A DNA stretch of 64,000 bases from Acanthaster planci (GCF_001949145.1 NW_019091361.1:3063854-3127853), one strand, 5' to 3'. Positions 25,337 through 39,074 are shown, counted from the first letter of the stretch. The notes: generated by a model from the letters alone, not told the origin. Program-made: numbers and translations.

Positions 25337-26206
25337 CGATAGCGCTTGCGCCTAGCCTTTGCGTCCACTTTTTTGCGTGTAGGCCTACTGTAAAAATGAA
25401 GCGTTTCTTAGGGAACTGTGAATATCACCTTTTTTAAAAAAAAAAATAGGGGTGCTGCATAGGAAGGAATCTAACTAGGCCCTGTCTCGTTAAAATCGTA
25501 GTAATCACACGCATGGGCTATAATGTCAATTTCCCGAACCTTCCCAACCGTGAATGGAATTATTATCCTGGGAATTCTGCTCATTTTAACCCCAAATAAT
25601 GACCTTCAGGCAACAAAGAGGAAATATGGCAAAATTTCCAGGAAGACATTTTCCGAACTTTCACAAAATGCTGTAGAGGATGGTGGGAAAAATGGGGTGG
25701 GGGTATCTTTGGAAATTTAAGAGGAATTTTTAAAAGCTGCAACATTGAAAGGGGCAAGGTATTTTTTTTTTACTCTAGCCAAGGGTTCCCAACTCTTGGT
25801 AGAATCTTTGACGAGAAAAGTCAAAATTATCAGGTTTGGTGTCCAGAATGGGTACTTTTCATTTCCCAAGTTATTTCGTTATCTGTAATACAATTTACAA
25901 ACACAGAGGGCATTTTTTAAAACAATGTAATAAGATAAAGGCGATTCAGGGAGACTGTTTCATTCACCTTCCTAAAGCGTGTATTTTTAGCATCCCCCGA
26001 AAGCTGGGCTTAGAAGGCAACAAAATGAAATTTCCACAATTTATCCCCTCTCGTGATGTTTAGTTGTTTATCCGCCCTGATTTGGCCTACTAGATAGGCC
26101 TAGGGCCAACACGGTGAGCTCCGTGGTAATTTTATCAAACGAATACAGCGCCATGGTGAAGTGCTTCTTTTGTATTAAAAGTACAGGCCTCAGGCCCCAG
26201 TCCTTA

Positions 26207-26450
26207 CAGGCACGGTCGTCGCTAGAGGGGGTGTCGGGGCGTGTAACACCCCACACCCCCATTGGTTAGTTTTGTCGGCAAAATCATGGTCTGTCGGCAA
26301 AATGGGGAAAAAATCCAAAAAAAACAAAAACGGAGAATGAAGGAAAGAAAGGGGGATACAGTAGGCCTTCACTCGTTTTGCGCGCGTGACGGTCCGTCGG
26401 CAAATTTCATGTGGCACCCCCCCCAATTAAAATGGTCCAGCCACGCCCGT
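26207..26450. mobile_element. Non-autonomous DNA-transposon-like element
   Basis: GC-rich ends (cggtcgtcgctagaggggg ... cccccc...ggtccagccacgccc), repeated tgtcggcaaa and an A-rich core. Confidence 0.4.
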
Positions 26451-26973
26451 ACTTATAGGTTAGGAGAACTCTAAAGTAAGCCTACACATTTTCAACTTCA
26501 AGCAGTGGATCGCCCAATTTGGCCAAAGAAGGCTCGGTGGACGTTATAGTATCATGTTTAGCGCGATCAAATAATCTGTTTTTCAAATGCGTCTTCAGTA
26601 AATTTTGCGAGTATTGAGTGCATTTTTGCTTTCCTTGTGATTTCTTTGTTCCTTGTGGACATTCACATTACTGCCACCTTGCACAACTTTGATAGCAAAT
26701 GCATTACCACGTCCAATACGTTATTTAGGGGCCATTCAAAATTTCGATGTGTTTAATTTCAATTTTTTCTTCGAAATAGTGGGTGGGTCAAGGTAAATTT
26801 TGAAAATCGAAATTCACTCTTCCTTTTAAAAAAAATCGATCTTTTGACTGGTTTGAATTAGTAAGCGGGCCGCGCCAGTGATCCGTAAGTGTTTATCTGC
26901 TTGAACTTCGTTTTGAGTTACGTAACCACCTGTGTATCTTGTACGGTGTGCAAATCCATGGGTGAAGGTGGTG

Positions 26974-27339
26974 GTCGAAACGAGGGCAAGGAAAAGATTG
27001 CAAAGACGGCTATATCAAGTTCGTGGTCCAAATTATATTAAGCATGTTGACTCTTACGATAAGCTTTAACCTTAGGGAATCTGCATTAATGGATGTAAGC
27101 CTATTGATGGTTTCTCGAGGCATGTTTTGTGGCTCGAACCATATACTGTACAACGAGCAGTGACCCTGCTGTCATTGTTACGTGAATGGGGTACGCTCTA
27201 CCATGGGATGCCCAAGAATCATAAGAGCTTTGTACAATCCTGATGGAAGAGCGTCGTGTCTGTGCCTGTTACTGTTGAAGAGGGAATGAACTTGTACAAA
27301 AGCCTCAGAAGAATGATTCTTGATGAGATAGACTTGTAG
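26974..27339 (+). pseudogene. Decayed, internally deleted integrase-core DDE transposase (IS3EU/IS481-like eukaryotic family)
   Basis: Reads VETRARKRLQRRLYQVRGPNYIKHVDSYDKL*P*GICINGC(KP)IDGFSRHVLWLE...SDPAVI...GCPRIIRA, then jumps to ELCTILMEE...VPVTVEEGMNLYKSLRRMILDEIDL*. The stops and frameshifts hide it from the ORF track. Confidence 0.8.
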
Positions 27340-27639
27340 ACCAATAGTGTTATGTTTCCGTCTTTCATAGTGGCATATACCAGTAAACATAACTCCTTGT
27401 ATACTGATTATGTTCTTGCAGCAAATTGTTTAGTTAAGGGACATGTGATTTCAATATTCAGAAGCTTTATAAATGAATCACAATAGTTACATGATTGGTA
27501 GAGGAAAGTAGGATTCTATTTCAGTGGGATAACTGAAACAATAAGCAAAAAGGACGTGAGATGTCAAGTAAATTCTCTTTATTGTTTCAACAGTTCTGTA
27601 AAAGTGCAATATTTTGAAACGACGTAAAACTGGAAAATT

Positions 27640-28640
27640 ATGCATGAAGCATTTTTGGGATTCTATAATAATGAAATGTTTTGGCAATTTTCCCTTAAGT
27701 CCTTAAATGCAGCGAGTAATTAGTATATAGAAGATAATAATTCAACAATAACTCGAACAAAATTATGCCTCAACTCTACCGACTAGTTTACAAACGTCTT
27801 GAAAAATTTTTGAACAGTTAGAAAAAAGGTTATTATGAAACGTATACAAGATGTTAATGAACTATGCAACCCGATTGTCACACATACCGTTCATGTGACA
27901 AGATTGGTTGAAGGTCCCTGGCAAAGAACCATCATTTTCAATGTGTTATATGTGATTGGTGATTAAAATATATAACCTACTGTGCGTTTTTACTGACACG
28001 TTTGTTGGATGACAAATATGGAAATAATTATGCCAACCATTTTTTAAGCAAAGTGCTGATTGCGAGTAAGATGAAACAGCCACATTGGTATTCTACCTTT
28101 CACTAAAAATACAATCTCTGTCTTTTCGGAAGGAGTTTGAACACAAGGCACAATTTGAAGATCACCAAAAGTATATGTAGATTCCTACATACTTTCCTCT
28201 TTCCCTTAAAAACCGTTTGAATAAAAACAGTTATCATTATGATTAGGCGCTTTCCGCAATATTACGACGAGTACAGAGTACATGAGTAAGATATTTTTCT
28301 CAGTGAATTAATAGTTGCAGCAAAGACAGGTGATCTCTGTATACTTTGAATTAGCTGAATTAAATAAAGCATTTGCCGCTGTTTTTAAGGAAAACAGTCA
28401 TAATGAAGATGTAGGGTAGAACCGGACAATGCCTATATTTTTGACAATTTTATGCAATAGGTTTGTAAAAGAAATTTATGTTCTCAAAATGAGCTTTAAT
28501 CTAAGTTTTACTGATTTGGAGTCTTTGAAACATACCCTAATTTTATTCTAAGAAACTATCTACAGAAAATTACTCCTTATATGACACTTGTGCAACTCAG
28601 ATCATCAATGATTTTGGATGCAACAAAAGAAAAAAATTCA
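27640..28640 (+). mobile_element. Possible heavily decayed hAT (ZMYM1-type) transposase
   Basis: Colinear short motifs HEAFLGFY (27643-27666), SFTDLESLKHTL (28504-28539) and QIINDFGCNKRK (28598-28633) in an AT-rich block; no open frame. Confidence 0.3.
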
Positions 28641-31600
28641 TGTGTCTTCCAACGATAGGATAAAATCCAGTTTTTGATACCCTTTAGGGTTAAAACCAAA
28701 GGACCTAGCTAACGATTAAAGGCATGTAAAAACTTGATAAACAGTGGTGAACATAGTATTGCTTTTATCAACAGCCACTCTATATTAGCAATAATCTATA
28801 AATGTATTTTTGCAAAAATAAACCACAAAATTAAAGATTTCGGATCACAAACACTGCAACAAGTAGTGTACATTTTTTTCCTTTGGTGATGTCTTACATG
28901 ATACACTTTGATAATCTATATAATGTCCATCATAACGAATTAATAATCCGTAATAACGAATTATGAACACATACTTGACCATGGCACTAATGGGCTTTCG
29001 TAGCCATCCCTTCAGCCTCAGTACACAGTACACGTACACGGTCGTCGCACTCAGCAGCTCGAAAGGCGCCCTCATCTTCTAGCCTTTATTGTACAACGTG
29101 TGTCATACGTCACCAGTCGGCGGTAAGTTCGACTTGACAAATAGGCCAATCAAACACTCACCCCCCGTCGACGACATGTAGTTTTTCATAATTGTATATG
29201 AATGACATAATCTTGCATAATGTATATAATGTAAGGAATTTTCACCAAGTAGTCAGTCTCACATTATAATGAAGGTATGAACGTAAAAACAACCAGTAAT
29301 TTGACTGGCTGCAACCTGTTTTGGTGGATGAGCTAATTCGCCGCGAACAAATAGCTGGCAGATACGTTTACTTGTCACCCAGCGCTCGAATAGATCTATT
29401 CACTAATTAATTCATAATTATGCACGCATGCGGACAAATGGCCTTGGTGGCAACAAGTGTGAGCGGGCCATTGAAAAAGTACAGGGGTGTGACTTTGATG
29501 ACCATTTTTTTTCTCAGGTTTTCTTGCTTTGTTCATTTTTTCTTCAGAAAATCTAATTAAATCGTTTTGGCTATTAGTTTCTTATCTAACCGGGATTTTT
29601 AGCGCTCTTGGAAAAACTTTATAATCGCGATTTTTCCTGTGCACACGAGATCTCTGTTCCTTAGTATGGCCCCTTCCATCATAAGTAGTACAAAATACAT
29701 CGTTGGTGTTCTTGGAGCCAGCCTGAGTATTTGTAAACACGTACTGATTTTCAATGTACATGAACAGTACCCCTGTAAATATGAAAGTATACAAAAAAAA
29801 TGCAGAACTGTTCTCGCAAGTTACTTCAAAAGATGAGATTGCTCTTGGCGCATTGGTATTTTTCAAAATCATTATGTCGGGGTCTCATGCAGTGGACGTA
29901 TTTTCAGCGGTTCGGTGAAACCCGAAAATCGAAACTGAAAAAAAGAAATTTTAAAGGGCCACTTAGGCCAATTTTTATCAACGGGGCGACGCGCACCAAC
30001 GAAGGCCGGTTAGGTGCCGGTATGGCGCCCTCTTGTGATTTATGGATGGTTGGAAAGCGGCCGGAACCACGCCGTTGAAAACTAAAATTGGCGTTGACCA
30101 ACACTCGTGCAGTTTTGGTTACATCTGGCTGCTATAAAAAGCATCAAGGCCCACTTGGTAACAGGGGCCAAGTCATGTACAGACACGACGTGAAATGGTA
30201 AACGTGTCTGCCCTGCATTTTGCTCGGGGCTACATCGGCATGGAACGAACACCGAGCTCTCGCAACAACTCGATTACGAGATTATTTATAGGTCGTATCG
30301 TCGTCGGCAGGGCATGCACGTTCGATGTTACCGGCACCGCACCACCGGCTTCGGTCGAACAATAGTGCATCCTTTTCCCACCAGGCTGGATCTTAAGGCG
30401 TCGTTTGACGAAAAATCATTTTCGAGAAGCCTGGGCCTGAAGTTGGCTAATCGTGTCCAAAAAGCTGAGTTGGCAGAGTACGTGGCGCGGGAGTCGTTCC
30501 GTAATATGCATTGTGTTCCTTGTGGAACATTATAAGGCGAACAGTAAGTCTACATATAGACTTCGCTAACCACCAACACCACCAGTCGATACACACTAGG
30601 CCTATACGCTACCACAGGTAAGTAACTTTATACACGTAGGCTACTGGGATTGGAAATGCAAAAGCTGGTTACTAAGCTAAGCCGACAAGGCCCACGAGGC
30701 GTATTGACACTAATAAGGGAGCCAATTAAATCTTGAGCTTAGCAAGAGAGGAACTTGGGCGCTGTCGGAGGGAACATGCAAAATCTAATCAGGCTAAGGT
30801 ATTACTAGCAAGGTACGAAGCTCGTTTGCATTCAGAATGTAGCCTTCAGTCCAAGCCTTCCGTTATTGTCGAATGTCGATTATTATTTGACTTTTCGAGA
30901 TTTGTTTATTTTCCATGTTATAAGAACTGTTGGAGGAACAACTTATGAATAATACCCCCACCCCACCCGACCCGCCCTTTTACTCAAGTTCTGTTCACAG
31001 CCACGACTCGGTAGTTAGCACTACATTGGAGAGATCAGGGTCAAAGGTTGCAGAGAATTTCAGTAGTTTTAAAGGGTTGAGAAGTATTTATCTCGCCTCG
31101 TGGGAGTCCCGGTATTAAGCTCCAGCGTCGGCTAGCCAAATTAATAAGCATGCTGGTTAACTTGATCCCTGCGACGTTAATTATGCCGCTGAATTAGACT
31201 ACTTCCTCTAGAAGATGTCGTTCGGGGGAAGGCCCAGGAAATTTTCTGCGTGGTGGGGGGGTTCGGGCTCGTCAGATTTTTTATATCCGATTTTTGAGGA
31301 TAAATGGACACACAAATAGGCCTAATGCACCACATTTTACTTATATAAATATAATAACCCTTACAGGATATCATCAATTTTCACCATTTTGTTCTATTTC
31401 GTTTATGTGTCAGGGGAGGGGGTTTGATACTTAACCCCTCCCCCCGCCAAATCCACGCTTGGTCATGATTACTTCGACGTCATTCATCATCACACTTTCT
31501 GTCAGTTTGAAATGGCAAGTATTTTCAGTCTGCATCTTCAAAGAAGAGCCCACCACCGTTTATTGTGGATGTATCCAGAGGGTCCGGTTTGACTGGCAAA

Positions 31601-34600
31601 AATCATTTTAGTTTGTCCACGAAGGGAACAAAATTCTAACCAAACCGAATTGAAGAAGAAATAATTTGGATGCATTGCGCCTTGCCAAAACACAAAAGTC
31701 TTTTGGGGGAAGGGGCAAGCTCTGTTCTTTTGGGGAATCACTTTTTCCTTGGAATTTCAAAACGATGATATTCTTAGTTTACCGTAATAATTCGGAAGAA
31801 GATTGAAACAGCAGTAGTTTTCCTTCCATGCATTGGTCATTACACTGTAAAACAACATTTAGAGTTTAAACGCGTTTTATACCCACCTTTTCAAACCCAT
31901 AACATGTCTATTTAAATGTGTTTAGGAAAGTGTTTAAAATAATGTTAAACGCTTTTCCACAGTACATGTTAAGCTTCTTGAAATCCGCTGAGCATTTAAA
32001 CACATTCCTAAACGCATACCACTAAGCATAACGCGATTAACCATGTTGAAAAAAAGTGGGAACAAAAAGTGTTTCCCAGTGAGTTTAGAAATTCTAAGAG
32101 CCTTTTATAAAAGTGCAGTGTCACAACGTGGCAACATGTACTCAGCCCTTCCAAAATTTAACTGTGTGCAGGCACAATAGGCACGCACGCAGTCGGTTAG
32201 TATCATCATAGAACTATAGAAAAAGGAGCTCCGTGGTAGGATCTAGGACCTATACCAGCAATAGTGACACTAAGATCCTAAATTTTATTCCATTTATTTT
32301 TTAATCTATCTTTTAAGAAAGAGTTAGAATGTTTTCATGTGGCGGCGCAGAGGAGTCTATGGCTGTAAAACCAGTCACGCCCACACAGAAACAAACCAGG
32401 CATATCATTTTAATATTATAGCTGTCTCCGTTTTTAGCGCGTGCGCATGTCGTTGCAGCCTTTTCGTTAGAGTGCCATATGGAAACCGAGGGACTGAGCT
32501 AGGAATGCTTCCCTTGTAGTAGCGTCCAACAGGTTCTGGGGTTACCCGTATCGTCTTTCTTCAATTATGCTCCAATCGTTTCGGCCGGTATGATGGAATG
32601 GCTTGCCGGCGGTGCGCTGATCCGAGCGGGTCCCGTCCTTTCCTGAAGCCCATCAGACGAATTGCTGTGGAGGCCGAGATGTGCGCGGTCATCGCGCCGT
32701 GTATCAACGCTCAGCGTGATCAACCGGTGTGAAGCGACACATCAACTATCTGAGGCCCGAAAATTGTTATCAGTTTATCTGCTTGTATTTTTTTTATCTA
32801 ATCATGGACACAATAAGTCGTTGTAACAAGCCGACAATATGCAACGACGTTGATTTTGCAAGGTAAGTTTTATCGTGGCCGTGCACGATGCATTTGATTT
32901 AATACTGCAGTGATTTCTGACTTCATTAAAATATGCCATGTAATGCATGGTGACAGAATTATGACGATTTTTATCTCGCAGTAAAACAGACATAGTCGAC
33001 CATGCAAGTGGTCTTACTGGACATGGTGGTTTGATTCCAGCCAAAGAAAGATGTGACGGCTGCATTTATATTTTTAGAGTGAAGTATACCATAGTCATGG
33101 TGTCCTCTGTGTTTGGTTTGGAGATGTTATTAAGACCACGAGGGTTTCTAGATACCTGCAAGCTCTGGGCTGGGATTGGAACCAGTCTCACTTCACGGGC
33201 GACTGGATTTGTTTTTGGTTTTGGGGGGCGGATCAGACTCATACTTTTTCGTTTCCTCATCAGTGACCTAGTTGGTTTTTCTACACTTTCCGTTCAGAAA
33301 CTTCAGTTCTCCACGGTATAAAGAGATGGCACTGGTGCCCCACTTCAGACAGATCTGAAGAGGTAGGAGCTACTCGTAGAAAAAGATAAATATGGCACTG
33401 CGACATGTCATCAAGGTTTTGCTATAGCCTACAGTGACCTCATTCCGAAGCGATACATATGTTACATGAGGCCGTATGGAGGTCCAAACTGGCGCTTTTC
33501 CATGTTCGCGTGTTGCAACTTCCGTATTCACATCCCTTTTAGTGCATTTTGCTCGTGTAAACGGATTAAAATAGACACTCACCGTCACGCATACGGATCA
33601 CGACACGCACGTGCTTTATGGCTAAACAGTCATTTCTGTACAGTAATGTACGGAAACGGTAATTTCTCTCCCTTTCAATCGGTTAGCAAAGTCGGTAATT
33701 AATAACGTTCCTAACGTCCGTTCAAAAAGGCAAAACCTTTGGATAATTTTAAGGATAGTGACAAACATAATTTTCAATGACTTACTTTTTGGAGGACCAG
33801 ATGTACCAACCTTTATTGCCCAATAATTTTACAGTATGCTTGGAACTTCGACGTTTGTTTTGGTTTGGTTTGTCAGTTGTTCTGTATGATAAAAGCCCTC
33901 TATGGATCGTCTGATGGGATCAACATTTCCCATTTTAACGAAGTGTGCATAAATAGCAACTACGAGTACATAATGCGATTGCGGCTTATAATGGGGTACA
34001 AACTCAAGCCTTAGCAGTTCACAGTGCAAAAGGTTTTACTTTTTCCCCGCACGCAACTTGCGCGTCATTCTTCAGGGACTGAGTGCCGCAATACTACCCA
34101 CAGCGCTCTGTGTTTCCTTCTCGAGATTTATGCGGAGATATAAGCCTTGACATAAAAGCGCTACTTCACCACATGCTTTGCAAAGTTCATGCATGTGTTG
34201 TGTCTGCATAGATAATCAATCTCAGAGTGGGGGTTTGTTCGCCCATGCAACGTCGAGTTTTCGCCCCGTTTAGTGTAAAATTATGTTACGGAAACACTGT
34301 TAAGATAGCAGTCGATTTGGGAATATTTTGGTATCACAGTACATTTTGTATATCTATTATCGCCATAGGGCCTACTGGGTCTGCGCATTTCTGATATATT
34401 TTCACTTGAATGAATGTGATCTACTCTCCCGATTTCACTTATCGGTCATCCACTTTTGTTCTATACCACCAGGCACCTCACTTGGCTAGGGCCTAATTAT
34501 GCTGCTAATGACTGATGCAGATACAAATTTCCGAGGGGCCAAACTCGTTTTTTTGAGGGGGGAGGGGCCAAAATATTTGCCTTTTTTATGTAACCTTTTT

Positions 34601-37600
34601 GGCCTTTTAGTGACTTCAAGGGCCTTCAAGTGTAGCAGCGTGAGTGCGTGACGGGTATATTCATCAAAGCAAAACAATGATGTAAGTACATTACTCGGTT
34701 TTGTCGACAGAGGGCGTCGTGTAATTAGAGAATACATAGAGCCCTGGGGAATATAACCACAGACAGTTTCTAGACGTTAATATATTTGTGAATGTAACGC
34801 ACGTCTGGCTTTAATTTGTAGACAAACGCGTCCATACTCTGGGCGGCGAACTGCCGGGAATTCTTACTAGAACGCCGCCTCAGACGGTCGGGCGGGAATC
34901 TGATGCGAAACTGGGTCTCTCTGCTGGGAACTCCCCATGGGTCAAAGCTGTAGAGACTTCTGGTGTCTTGCGGGTGCCCTTCATTGAAAGCCTATAGTAG
35001 TTTGGATTTCTTGGATTGCTGGTTGGCTGCTGCGAGCACTGCATGACTGACTGTTTACAAATCAAGGTGAACTATGCTACTGATCTGTAGGGAGAATTGG
35101 GCTACAGCTGCCTTCGAGGAGCAAATGCTTTCACCGTGACTGGCCACAGATTCAGGTAATGCTGTTCTATTAGTCTCAATGTGACTGTCAAATTTACGAT
35201 TCTGTAATGTTCATCGTGCCCTTAATTAGAACCTACCAATCCCGTGCGAAAGGTTGTGATCGCGTAGTTTAATACACAAGCATTGTTATAAAGCGTAGCC
35301 TTCTGGAGGACTTGTCAAAGCGTTTCACTGCATTGCGTGAACACTGAACTACTGAATTGGTGTTGATCTAGGCTTAGTCTGCTGCTAGCTATATACATGA
35401 TACCAATAAACAATATGTTTTCGCCGCTTACCCTCTATTGCCAAACAGCTATCTTCAGGTTTTAGTTAGCTTACAAATGTGAGCTTGACACCTGCTTTCT
35501 TGACCTTTCCTTTTGTCCTCCTGCATTCGTCCATGCTTGGCTGATTCCCTGTTTGTTTTGCTTGTTTGCCCTGTCTACTTGTCATTTTGCCTTTCAGAAA
35601 GATTTTGCTAGGATCGACACTTCAGGGCCTCGCTATTTTGCTATTCGTTTTTAGAATGCCATATGCACCAGCAGTGTCAATTACTCTTCTCGTCACCAAA
35701 ATAAACTGCCGAGTTCCTGTACTTTTTCCAGCTGTAAGTAGCCGGTGGTAAATTGGTTGGAAGACGAAACATGTCTGGAAATCAAAAATGATTAGCCAAT
35801 CCAGCAGTTATCAGCATTTGAAGTTCGTCACATGCCCATATTGTGACATGCACTAATTGACATGTAAAGAATGTTTGTATCGTTGTGCATGCCCAGAATG
35901 GCTTTCATATTGTTACTGTAATCACATTACCAGTGTCCACCAAGCAAGTGCTCACGTGCAGCAAGAAGACAAAATGCGCGGCTCGAGCAGTTGCGCATTG
36001 CGCAGTGTCTGAACCTCAACATGAATTGAATTTGTGAAATGTTTTGTCGAAGGCGTTGCCGCGGGGTGCTTCAGAGTAACTGCGTTGAGTTTCGCTCGGC
36101 AGACATTCCGCTGCCGTGTTGTTTTCCAAGTTCGGGACCGGGCTATGTACATAGGAACTTGTGGTAATTAACCAGTTGCAAACGCCATCGACCTTGACGA
36201 TGGAAGTATCTACCGACGGCAGTCTTTTTTTTCGATCAAGGCAAAGTAAAATGATGATCTCACGTTCAGCGAATGGTCGGTGAAGTGTGGGATATGGGGT
36301 CGGTTTCTAGTTCCCTTATCAACTTAACAGAATGTAAATAAATTTTAAAGAAGGCTTCCTAATAGTACCACAACTTTCTTTCCATGTGGTCTGTTGAATT
36401 AAAGAGACTTTGAAGTACAGCAGCATGACCTCAAATTTGACAGTACACTAATCAATTATGCCAGAGCTTAGATTTTTTTTACCTCGGTGATATAACCTCT
36501 GTACAATGCAAATGTACATCAGGATCTCAATTAATGAAGTGGGCACAATTTAGTAAGACTGTTGCGTGTAGACAAGCGCAGTCATGAAATTTTGTTGTAC
36601 GTGCAACAAAAGTTCTGTTTGACGAGACAAAATTTCCAGATCAGAACACAATCATACCCTAGGCTTGTGCGCAAGCTCTCGTACAATGCGTAGTGCTCGA
36701 TCCTTCCCCCGCGGTTTCTCTCCCGCATCCTCGTTCGCAGTTTTGGTCTTCGAGCTCGTAACTGCAACATAAATGCAGATCACATACAGCTCATGTCGTC
36801 TTGTTTTTCCATATTGGGTCACTGACTCCTATACCTCGCTTGTTCATACACTCACCCGTGTATTCTGTGGGACATTGCACCGTCGCCGAACAAACACTTC
36901 GATCCGTTCAAAGCCTTCGGGTAGTCTTTCAATTTCCCAGGTTTGATCATGCACGCGCAACTCTGAAAATGAGCCGGTCAAAGTGAAGGCCGTACACACT
37001 TTTCTGAAATATCACTTTCGTTTTCTTGGGAGCCCCTTATTAGAATTTGCATTCATCCTTTGCAGCAGCACTTCCCCGCCATTCAAAAATGCATACTCAT
37101 TCTGAAAATGGCAATAAGTAGGCACATTTATTCTCATCATTTAGATAAAAAAAAGTCAAAGCACGGTCTGGTGGTTAAGTTAAAATTCCAAGTTTGTACA
37201 CTGAACTGATGGGATTAAAAAAATAAAAGGAAATAAATGCATAAATACATGTAAAATGGACAGTAACTTGCAACAAATATTGAATTTCAGGATACTAATA
37301 TTATTTTTAAACAGTTTCCCCCAAAGGTTGAATCATGTTGGTTTAATGTTTCAGCATTACATGGAAAAACATTTCACGGTGGCCGGTAATATACAGTCTC
37401 TTTAATTTAAAAAAAAAAGTGGTTATCACACGTGCAGTCCATTTTAAGTAAAATGAACCTTAATCGGGCGAGTTGTATCAACCTCAGTCAATTTTCTGTG
37501 AAGAACGGAGCCAACAGTCCACAGTTCTACACATGTTTTTCGCGGAAAGTTAATTACATGTTTTTTTCCACAGGCAAAAAAGTCGGATGCCAGTGTAATA

Positions 37601-38860
37601 AAAACGCACATCAGCCAGTTTAGTTCTCGATGACAACAGGACACTACAGACAATTGTATAATACGTGGATGTGTATCAGCGATGTAATTATACCCTTTGG
37701 GCTATCTGTACGCATGGGCTTGCGCTCGTAGTGGTGTGTCCTTATTTAAATGTTAAAGCATCGAACTTTCCCCCGTGGGAGCGCCTTTTAAAGCCGACGT
37801 GACATTTTACCAGATGTGACGCTGACGAAGGCAGATCTTTCTTTTTCTGTTGTCAGTTCTTACCTTGGCATGGTTTATGGTAACACGTTGATTAGTGTTT
37901 ACCTGTACTGATTTCAGGGATGGGGGGTGGAGTGGGTGGTTGCCACGGGGACCTTTACTTCTTTTCAAGTGGAAAATGCCAGCTCTGAAATTCGGTCAGG
38001 AGTCGGTCATGAAAGGAACCCATCCGTGTACTGTCCGAGACTAGCACTCTTGCAATGATTTCCGGGCCCTCGGCGTGACCGGGCATAAGCTGTGTTCGTC
38101 CGCTCGTAGATCGTCAACAGGGTACGGCAAGTGAAACTCCACCGCGCTACCTCTTTGACATTTTGGACGGATCATGTTGATTTCGCTCTTCTTCCCTGTC
38201 TTCTAGTTTGCAGGGATGCACGGTTTTATATTCGCTGTTTGTCTACCTGCCAGACAGGAATCGATTGAATTGGCTGTTTTGCACTCCCAAGCTTGGCCTT
38301 TTCCCCCCGATTGATCGGTATACCCTCGGCAAATAGGGTTTTCGATCAAAGTGACAAAATAATAAGACGAAGATATCATCGCGTCGTCAGTTAATGAATT
38401 CTTATTATCATAAATCTTTGGGAAGATAAGGCGTTGGGAGGGAGTACATCCATTGGGAAGTGCGTGGGGCTATGTAGGTGCTCCAGGAAAAATGAAGTCC
38501 CCTGCAGAAACGTAATTAAGTAGCTGACAGAAATTGTCTGCCCTGTACTGGGGCTGGCATGCAGTTGGAGTCGCTTGGGTGGGGAAATTCACGCTAAAGC
38601 TCAGGTCGAGTCTTCGTCAGGGTTATCGTCACGACAGGCAGAATGTCGGGCCGTGTAGTAGACTTGACTCAAGTCGGGATCTTCCGTGACGTCTGTGTTT
38701 ATGCTTTGGATATGGAGGCCTCGCGTCGTTGCTTGCTTTGCGCCCTCTTGTGTCCATTAATTACTTTGAGTTCAGAAATCCAGACTTGATTGACCTGCCA
38801 GCCGTTGAACATGACGAATCAGCTAATCTACCAAAGCAGGTAGCAGCCGATCAAAATGAT

Positions 38861-39034
38861 ATACGGGCGATTCACAATAGTGTGCTGCCGAGAGTTCGCA
38901 ACGCGTTGGCCCCTCACGGTGCGCGAAATCTGTCGGCCCAATGCGCGTGTGGAAAAGGTCGACAGATTTCGCGCGTCGTGATTGGCCAACGTCTTGCAAA
39001 CTCTTGGAAGCGCACTGTTGTGAATCGCCCGTAT
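38861..39034. mobile_element. Palindromic MITE-like element, arms about 78 bp, loop about 18 nt
   Basis: atacgggcgattcacaa...gcgcgaaatctgtcggcc pairs with ggtcgacagatttcgcgc...ttgtgaatcgcccgtat. Confidence 0.85.
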
Positions 39035-39074
39035 TGCTCCGGACTTGTTTTTACGATTATAATTAACGAGTTTA

